Assembly: GCA_005791575.1 (NCBI GenBank)
Contig: SXWA01000004.1
Location: 1-61,811, forward strand
Direction: 5' to 3'
Length of the DNA: 61,811 nt
DNA from: Planctomycetaceae bacterium
Lineage (GTDB): Bacteria > Planctomycetota > Planctomycetia > Pirellulales > UBA1268
Part shown: positions 56,431-61,811 of the stretch, in pieces
How the letters are laid out: each line of letters starts with the position of its first letter
How positions within the stretch are numbered: position 1 is the first letter of the stretch
Program-made: the position numbers and the translations under genes
Notes under the pieces: model-generated
The model's database searches: none
Seen by the model: only the letters and a program-made list of their open reading frames with translations
What the model was told of the DNA's origin: nothing

Positions 56431-57999
56431 ATGATCCACGGAATGATCACTGCGGCCGCGACTTCCCGCCCCGCAGCGCCGCCCCGGCCGGGACCCGCGG
56501 CGGGGCCACAAGGCCCGAACCGTGTGGCGGTGATCGGCAGCGGTCCGGCCGGGCTCACCGCGGCGCTGCAGATCGCCCGCGCGGGGATCGCGGTCGACGT
56601 CTACGAGGCCGCTGCGGAGGTCGGCGGCCTGTCCCGTTCGATCGAGCTCTGGGGCCGACGCGTCGATCTCGGACCGCACCGTTTCTTCAGCGCCGACGCT
56701 CGGGTCGACGGTTTCTGGCGAACGATCGTCGGTGACGACCACCACGTGGTCGACCGCCTCACACGGATCCATTTCGACGGCAAGCTGTTCGCTTATCCCC
56801 TGCGCCCTCTGGACATCATGCGTCACCTGGGCTTCGGGGAATGCCTGCGGTTCATGCTCAGCTACGGGCTGCAGTGCGTGCGCCACCCCGCGCGGCGCGT
56901 GGACGAGGAGTCGTTCGAGGACTGGGTCATCCGGCGGTTCGGCCGCCGCCTGTACGACACGTTCTTCAAGACCTATAGCGAAAAGCTGTGGGGGATTCCG
57001 TGCACGCGCCTGAGCCGCGACTTCGCCGCCCAACGGATCCGTCGCCTGACCCTCGGTGACGTCGTCACCCACGCCGTCGCCGGCGGCCGTTCATCCCGTC
57101 ACCGGACACTGGCCGACTGCTTCGCCTATCCCCGCGGCGGGACCGGGATGGTGTACGAACGGATTGCCGCGCGGCTCGAGGAAGAAGGGGGACGAGTCCT
57201 GCTTCGGCAACCGGTCCGGGAGGTCGTCACCGCCGCGGGATCCGTCACCGGACTGCGCCTCGACGACGGACGTGTGGAAGACTACGACCACGTCATCTCG
57301 ACCATGCCCCTGACGCTCCTGGTGCGCGGCCTCGGATCCGCGCCGCCGGCCGTTCACGCCGCCGCCGCCCGACTGTCTTTCCGCAACACCATCCTGGTCT
57401 ACCTCCGGATCCGGGCCTCGGACCTGTTTCCCGACCAGTGGGTCTACGTCCACGACCCGGCCGTGCGCGTCGGCCGGGTCACGAATTTCAACAACTGGGG
57501 CCCCGCCGGTGCCCAGCGTCCACCGGACACGATCCTGTGCTGCGAGTACTGGTGTTCGCCGGCCGACTCGATCTGGACCGCGAGTGATCCTGACCTGCAG
57601 CGGTGGGCGGCGACCGAGCTACGTGCCACGGGCCTGCTCCGCGACCAGGCCGTCGACGACGGGCACGTGATCCGCGTCCCGCGCTCCTATCCCGTCTACG
57701 AGCTCGGCTATCGACGGCACGTGGAGACGATCGCCGACCACCTGCGCGGTATCCGTGGATTGACGGCGATCGGACGGTACGGGTCGTTCAAGTACAACAA
57801 CCAGGATCACAGCATCCTCATGGGGTTGCTGGCCTCCGACAACCTGCTCCGGGGCCGCACCCACGACCTGTGGGGGCTGAACGCCGACATCGACAGATAC
57901 CAGGAGGATTTCGCCGTGGCGGAGTCAGGCCTCGTCGCGCCCGGTGAAGCACGTCACACCGCGGAACCGATCGAGCCCGCCGCCCTGTCGGCAGCGTGA
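56431..57999 (+). CDS. FAD-dependent oxidoreductase (UDP-galactopyranose mutase/protoporphyrinogen oxidase-like)
   Basis: VIGSGPAGL, VGGLSRS, DLGPHRFF, YSEKLWG, GRYGSFKYNNQDHS. Confidence 0.88.
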   Translation: MIHGMITAAATSRPAAPPRPGPAAGPQGPNRVAVIGSGPAGLTAALQIARAGIAVDVYEAAAEVGGLSRSIELWGRRVDLGPHRFFSADARVDGFWRTIVGDDHHVVDRLTRIHFDGKLFAYPLRPLDIMRHLGFGECLRFMLSYGLQCVRHPARRVDEESFEDWVIRRFGRRLYDTFFKTYSEKLWGIPCTRLSRDFAAQRIRRLTLGDVVTHAVAGGRSSRHRTLADCFAYPRGGTGMVYERIAARLEEEGGRVLLRQPVREVVTAAGSVTGLRLDDGRVEDYDHVISTMPLTLLVRGLGSAPPAVHAAAARLSFRNTILVYLRIRASDLFPDQWVYVHDPAVRVGRVTNFNNWGPAGAQRPPDTILCCEYWCSPADSIWTASDPDLQRWAATELRATGLLRDQAVDDGHVIRVPRSYPVYELGYRRHVETIADHLRGIRGLTAIGRYGSFKYNNQDHSILMGLLASDNLLRGRTHDLWGLNADIDRYQEDFAVAESGLVAPGEARHTAEPIEPAALSAA

Positions 58000-58085
58000 C
58001 GGTACCGCACCCGTGAGGCCGCCCCGCGTGCGCGAAGCCGCGTGCCGCTCGGGCGCGGCCCGGTGCCGGCGGCACGAGCCAGCCA

Positions 58086-58847
58086 ATGTTTCTCGACCAT
58101 GAAGCCACCCGACGGCATTACGACCGCGTGATCCGCGCCCGGTCGCGGCTGTATCGCGAGCGATTCGACGGCGACCTGCTCGGCAGGCGGCCCCTCGTGG
58201 CCCGGATGCTCCAGCGCGCGTTCGCGCGGCTGTTTCCCGATCGGGTGGGGACGATGCTCGACCTCGGCTGCGGGACCGCCTTGTACTTTCCGATCCTCTG
58301 CCGTCACGCGGATCGGCTCGAGGGGATCGACAGTTGCGCCGCGATGATCCGTCAGGCTGCGACGACCATCGAGGCCCGGGGGTTGGCCAACTGCCGTGTG
58401 CGTGTCGGCTCGGCTTCGCGGCTGCCGTTCGCCGATCACTCGATCGACGTCGTTCACTCGTGGGATTTCCTCCATCACGCCAGCGACATCGACGGTGTCC
58501 TCGGCGAGATCCGCCGGGTGCTCGTGCCGGGGGGGCGGTACGTGGCCGTGGAGCCGAATCTCCTCAACCCCTCGATCGCCTGGTACCACGCACGACGGCG
58601 CTCCGAGTGGCGGCTTTTCACCTGCAACCAGTTCACCATCCCGCGGCTGCTGGCCCCCGCCTTCGAGACGCGGCTCGGCTACGACAACACCGTGATCAGT
58701 TTCGTCGACGAGCGGACGGCGTGGCTGTGGCATGCCGTCGACAGGCTGACGTCGCGCGCGATCTTCCGCCGGCTGGCGTTCCGGTATGTTATCGATGGCC
58801 GTCTGCGCGACGGGCCCGGCCCGGCCGCCCACCCGCGACCCGAGTGA
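58086..58847 (+). CDS. Class I SAM-dependent methyltransferase
   Basis: LDLGCGT, GIDS, LPFADHSIDVV, RRVLVPGG. Confidence 0.9.
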   Translation: MFLDHEATRRHYDRVIRARSRLYRERFDGDLLGRRPLVARMLQRAFARLFPDRVGTMLDLGCGTALYFPILCRHADRLEGIDSCAAMIRQAATTIEARGLANCRVRVGSASRLPFADHSIDVVHSWDFLHHASDIDGVLGEIRRVLVPGGRYVAVEPNLLNPSIAWYHARRRSEWRLFTCNQFTIPRLLAPAFETRLGYDNTVISFVDERTAWLWHAVDRLTSRAIFRRLAFRYVIDGRLRDGPGPAAHPRPE

Positions 58848-58893
58848 CCGGATTTCCCCCGGGCGGCCGGCCACCATCCGGAGGATCGATTCC

Positions 58894-59790
58894 ATGCCCG
58901 TCGACCTCGACCGCATCGACGACCTGTTCCGCGTCCGCCCCGGGAAAAAGTTCCGCCTCCCCGACCACGACCCGGCCTGGGCGGGCGATCCACTGGAGCC
59001 GGAGAAGAAGCGGCGCGAGAAGGCCGAGCAGCTCCTCGCCGCCGACGTCGAAGAACTGGCGCGGATGCAGGAGCTTCTCTGGGCCTCCGACACCTGGAGC
59101 GTGCTGGCGATCTTCCAGGCGATGGACGCCGCGGGAAAGGACGGAGTGATCAAGCATGTCATGTCGGGCATCAACCCCCAGGGGGTCGAGGTGACGAGCT
59201 TCAAGCACCCGTCGGCCGAGGAACTCGACCACACCTTCCTCTGGCGCTGCATGAAGCGGCTCCCCGAGCGGGGGCGGATCGGGATCTTCAACCGCTCCTA
59301 CTACGAGGAGGTGCTCATCGTCCGCGTCCATGACCGGTTGCTCCGTGCCCAGCGGATCCCCGGCATCGAGCCGCGGAAGAAGACCTGGGAGGATCGCTAC
59401 GACGACATCAACGCCTTCGAGCGGCACCTTGTCCGCAACGGCACGGTGGTGCTCAAGTTCTTCCTCAACGTCTCCCGCGACGAGCAGCGGAGGCGGTTCC
59501 TCGCCCGGATCGACGAACCGGAGAAGCACTGGAAGTTCTCCGCCTCCGACGTCGCCGAACGCGGCCACTGGGACGCCTACATGGAGGCCTACGAGGCGGC
59601 GCTCGCCGCCACGAGCACCGATCACGCCCCGTGGTATGTCGTGCCGGCCGACCGGAAGTGGGTCAGCCGCGCGGTCGTGGCGGCGGTGCTCGCCGGCACG
59701 ATCGGTCGGCTCGGGCTCGCCTGGCCCGAGGTCACGGCCGACAAAAAGCAGGCGATCGATGAGGCGCGGCGGAAGCTGATGGCCGAGTGA
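58894..59790 (+). CDS. ppk2: Polyphosphate kinase 2 family (class III-like)
   Basis: FQAMDAAGKDG, FKHPSAEE, FNRSYYEEV, HWKFS, APWYVVPADRKW. Confidence 0.93.
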   Translation: MPVDLDRIDDLFRVRPGKKFRLPDHDPAWAGDPLEPEKKRREKAEQLLAADVEELARMQELLWASDTWSVLAIFQAMDAAGKDGVIKHVMSGINPQGVEVTSFKHPSAEELDHTFLWRCMKRLPERGRIGIFNRSYYEEVLIVRVHDRLLRAQRIPGIEPRKKTWEDRYDDINAFERHLVRNGTVVLKFFLNVSRDEQRRRFLARIDEPEKHWKFSASDVAERGHWDAYMEAYEAALAATSTDHAPWYVVPADRKWVSRAVVAAVLAGTIGRLGLAWPEVTADKKQAIDEARRKLMAE

Positions 59791-59809
59791 CGGAAAGCAC
59801 CGCCCGCGG

Positions 59810-61811
59810 TCAGGTCCTCACCGCCGCCGCCCACGACCACGTCTTCAGCGTCGTCCAGTTCCAGTAGGCGGTGTCGGTGAATGCGGTCGCGCTGCCGAGG
59901 CCCACCCGCCACGTGCCGGTGTTGCGGTTTCGGCCGGTGATGTCGGCCCGGCCGTCGCCGTTGAAGTCGCCCACCATGAAGAAGTCGTAGGGGATGCTCG
60001 CCCCCCACGTGCCGAACATCGAGCTCACCGCCGTCGTGCCGCTGATCCGCGACACCCGCCAGCCACCGGTGAACGCGTCGCGACCGGCGATGTCGGTGCG
60101 GCCGTCGCCGTCGAAGTCGCCCGCCATGACGTTGATCCAGGTCACCGCCGGCGACCAGTTCCACTGGTAGCGGTCGCTGAAACCGATCCCGGTCGAGAGC
60201 GCCAGCCGCCAGTTGCCGCTGACGGGATTGCGGCCGGCGAAATCGGTCCGGCCGTCGCCATTGAAATCGCCGCTGACGAAATTGGTCCAGGTGATCGCGT
60301 TGCTCCAGGTGGCCACGGTGCTGCTGACGTAGCTCGCGCCGTTGAACCGCGACAGACGCCACTGCCCGGTGACCGGATCGCGGCCGAGGATGTCGGTCCG
60401 ACCGTCGCCGCTGAAGTCGCCGGTCATCACCTCGGTCCAGGCGACGTTCGACGGCCAGTTCCAATAGGCCGCGTCGGTGAACCCACTGCCGGTGCTGACA
60501 CCAATCCGCCAGTTGCCGTTCGACGGGTTGCGGGCGGCGATGTCGAAGCGGCCGTCACCGTTGAAATCGCCGGCCACGAAGTTGGTCCAGTTGATGCTCA
60601 CCGGCCAGGTCGACCAGACCTGCGGGATCGCGGTGCCGCTGGCCGGGGTGAGGACCACCTGCCACTGTCCGCTGCCGTTGCGGACGGCGGCATCGGTGCG
60701 CCCGTCGGCGTTGAAATCGCCCGTCAGCGTCGCGGTCACGGTGGCGCTGGGGAGTGTCGCCAGGAGCGTGGTCGAGCTGCCGGCGGCCGTCTTCCGGCTG
60801 ATCCACAGTTCGTTGCCCGCACGACCGATCATGCCGTTGGCCAGCGGCGGCTGGCGCACGACCGTGAACTGGTCCTCCTTGAAGTCGGTCGGATCGAGCA
60901 CCGATGCGGCACGCACCGTGATCACCGCGGTGCCCACCTTGCCGGCGGCATAGTCGAGACGAAGCACCCCGTCCCCGATGGTCGCCGCGACGAGCGCCGG
61001 GTTGCTGGTCGTGACGGTGTGCACCAATTCACCGACCCGGCTCACCGCCGGCATCGCCACGAACTGCGCCGGCTGGACCACGAGCGGATTGGGGATCGGG
61101 TTGGGAATGCCACGAAGCGGCAGGTCGTCGAACGCGCCGTTCTCACCGCTGGGATAGACGGCAGAGCCGTACTGGCCGTAGTACCCGGCGGCGTTGTAGG
61201 TGGGGACCGCCGCCATCGCGTCGACCGCCGTCATGCCGCTGCCGAGGACACGGCCGAAGGCGGTGAAGCCGCCGTTCTGGTTGTCGAGGTTGGCGGAGTT
61301 GTCGGCGAGATTGACAAACCACTGGTTGGTGGCGCTGTTGGGATCGCCCCCGACCTTGGCCATCGCGATCGTGCCGCGGATGTTGGTGTTGCCCGGCTCA
61401 TTGACCACCGCCGGCTTCTTGGCGATCACCGTCGGGGCCCCGCCGACCTCCCCGTACGGCGCCGTCGGTGCCGTGAAGCCCCCCCCCTGCACGACGAAAT
61501 TACCCACGCTGCGGTGGATGATCGTGTTGGCGAAACGCCCCTCGTCGGCATAGGCGAGGAAATTGGCGACCGTCTGCGGCGTGGTGCGGGTGCGGGCCTG
61601 GCCCGCCTGGTCGAAGAGCTCCACGTAGAACCGGTCGTTGGGGGCGGCGGCATTCGTCGTGAACCGTACCACGGTGCCGGTCACGGCCGTGTCGTCGAAG
61701 CGTCCTGCCAGAGGGATGGTCTGCGAAGTCGCCACCGCCAGCGCCGTGATGTCGGGCAGGGGATTGACCACGGTCACCGCGAGGGCCAGCCGCGGCTCGA
61801 GCGACTCCACC
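59810..61811 (-). CDS. Exported cyclophilin-type PPIase + FG-GAP/VCBS-repeat protein (5' truncated)
   Basis: ESLEPRLALA export motif; TPQTVANF, HRSV..FVVQGGG, RGTIAMAK, SATNQWFVN; six GDF(N/S/D)(G/A)DGR repeats. Confidence 0.88.
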   Translation of the reverse strand, partial: VESLEPRLALAVTVVNPLPDITALAVATSQTIPLAGRFDDTAVTGTVVRFTTNAAAPNDRFYVELFDQAGQARTRTTPQTVANFLAYADEGRFANTIIHRSVGNFVVQGGGFTAPTAPYGEVGGAPTVIAKKPAVVNEPGNTNIRGTIAMAKVGGDPNSATNQWFVNLADNSANLDNQNGGFTAFGRVLGSGMTAVDAMAAVPTYNAAGYYGQYGSAVYPSGENGAFDDLPLRGIPNPIPNPLVVQPAQFVAMPAVSRVGELVHTVTTSNPALVAATIGDGVLRLDYAAGKVGTAVITVRAASVLDPTDFKEDQFTVVRQPPLANGMIGRAGNELWISRKTAAGSSTTLLATLPSATVTATLTGDFNADGRTDAAVRNGSGQWQVVLTPASGTAIPQVWSTWPVSINWTNFVAGDFNGDGRFDIAARNPSNGNWRIGVSTGSGFTDAAYWNWPSNVAWTEVMTGDFSGDGRTDILGRDPVTGQWRLSRFNGASYVSSTVATWSNAITWTNFVSGDFNGDGRTDFAGRNPVSGNWRLALSTGIGFSDRYQWNWSPAVTWINVMAGDFDGDGRTDIAGRDAFTGGWRVSRISGTTAVSSMFGTWGASIPYDFFMVGDFNGDGRADITGRNRNTGTWRVGLGSATAFTDTAYWNWTTLKTWSWAAAVRT

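Noticed and set aside
53864-59790. Intact prophage or ICE
   Set aside because: No structural, replication or conjugation genes are present, only an integrase remnant.

Overview
High-GC bacterial window, almost certainly from a planctomycete. Evidence: a DUF1501 remnant, a YTV-type repeat protein, an ECF sigma/Ser-Thr kinase pair, a LEPR-type export motif and a bacterial topoisomerase VI A subunit. Most of the window is housekeeping: lysA, dprA, prfB with a +1 frameshift, infA, tex, dtd, rarA, a UbiD-family gene, rplU, RNase E/G, hpf-ptsN-ptsH-ptsI, ppk2, tRNA-His and tRNA-Arg. Four things stand out. (1) 745-4924 is a co-oriented cluster of a membrane-anchored TIR protein (interrupted by one in-frame TGA), a secreted YTV/PDZ protein and a SLOG-patatin fusion. 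This is a candidate Thoeris-like nucleotide-signalling defence system with a phospholipase effector. (2) 19577-27380 is a seven-gene PspA/ESCRT-III-like + classical AAA ATPase + SBP-OmpA/ABC transporter operon. (3) A 119-bp multi-hairpin MITE (15-bp TIRs, 4-bp YTAR target duplication) occurs five times, including a degenerate copy inserted in frame within a kinase gene. (4) A decayed tyrosine integrase lies next to tRNA-Arg, followed by glycosylation-type genes. All calls come from motif recognition by eye. No database searches or computations were run, and start codons are best estimates.
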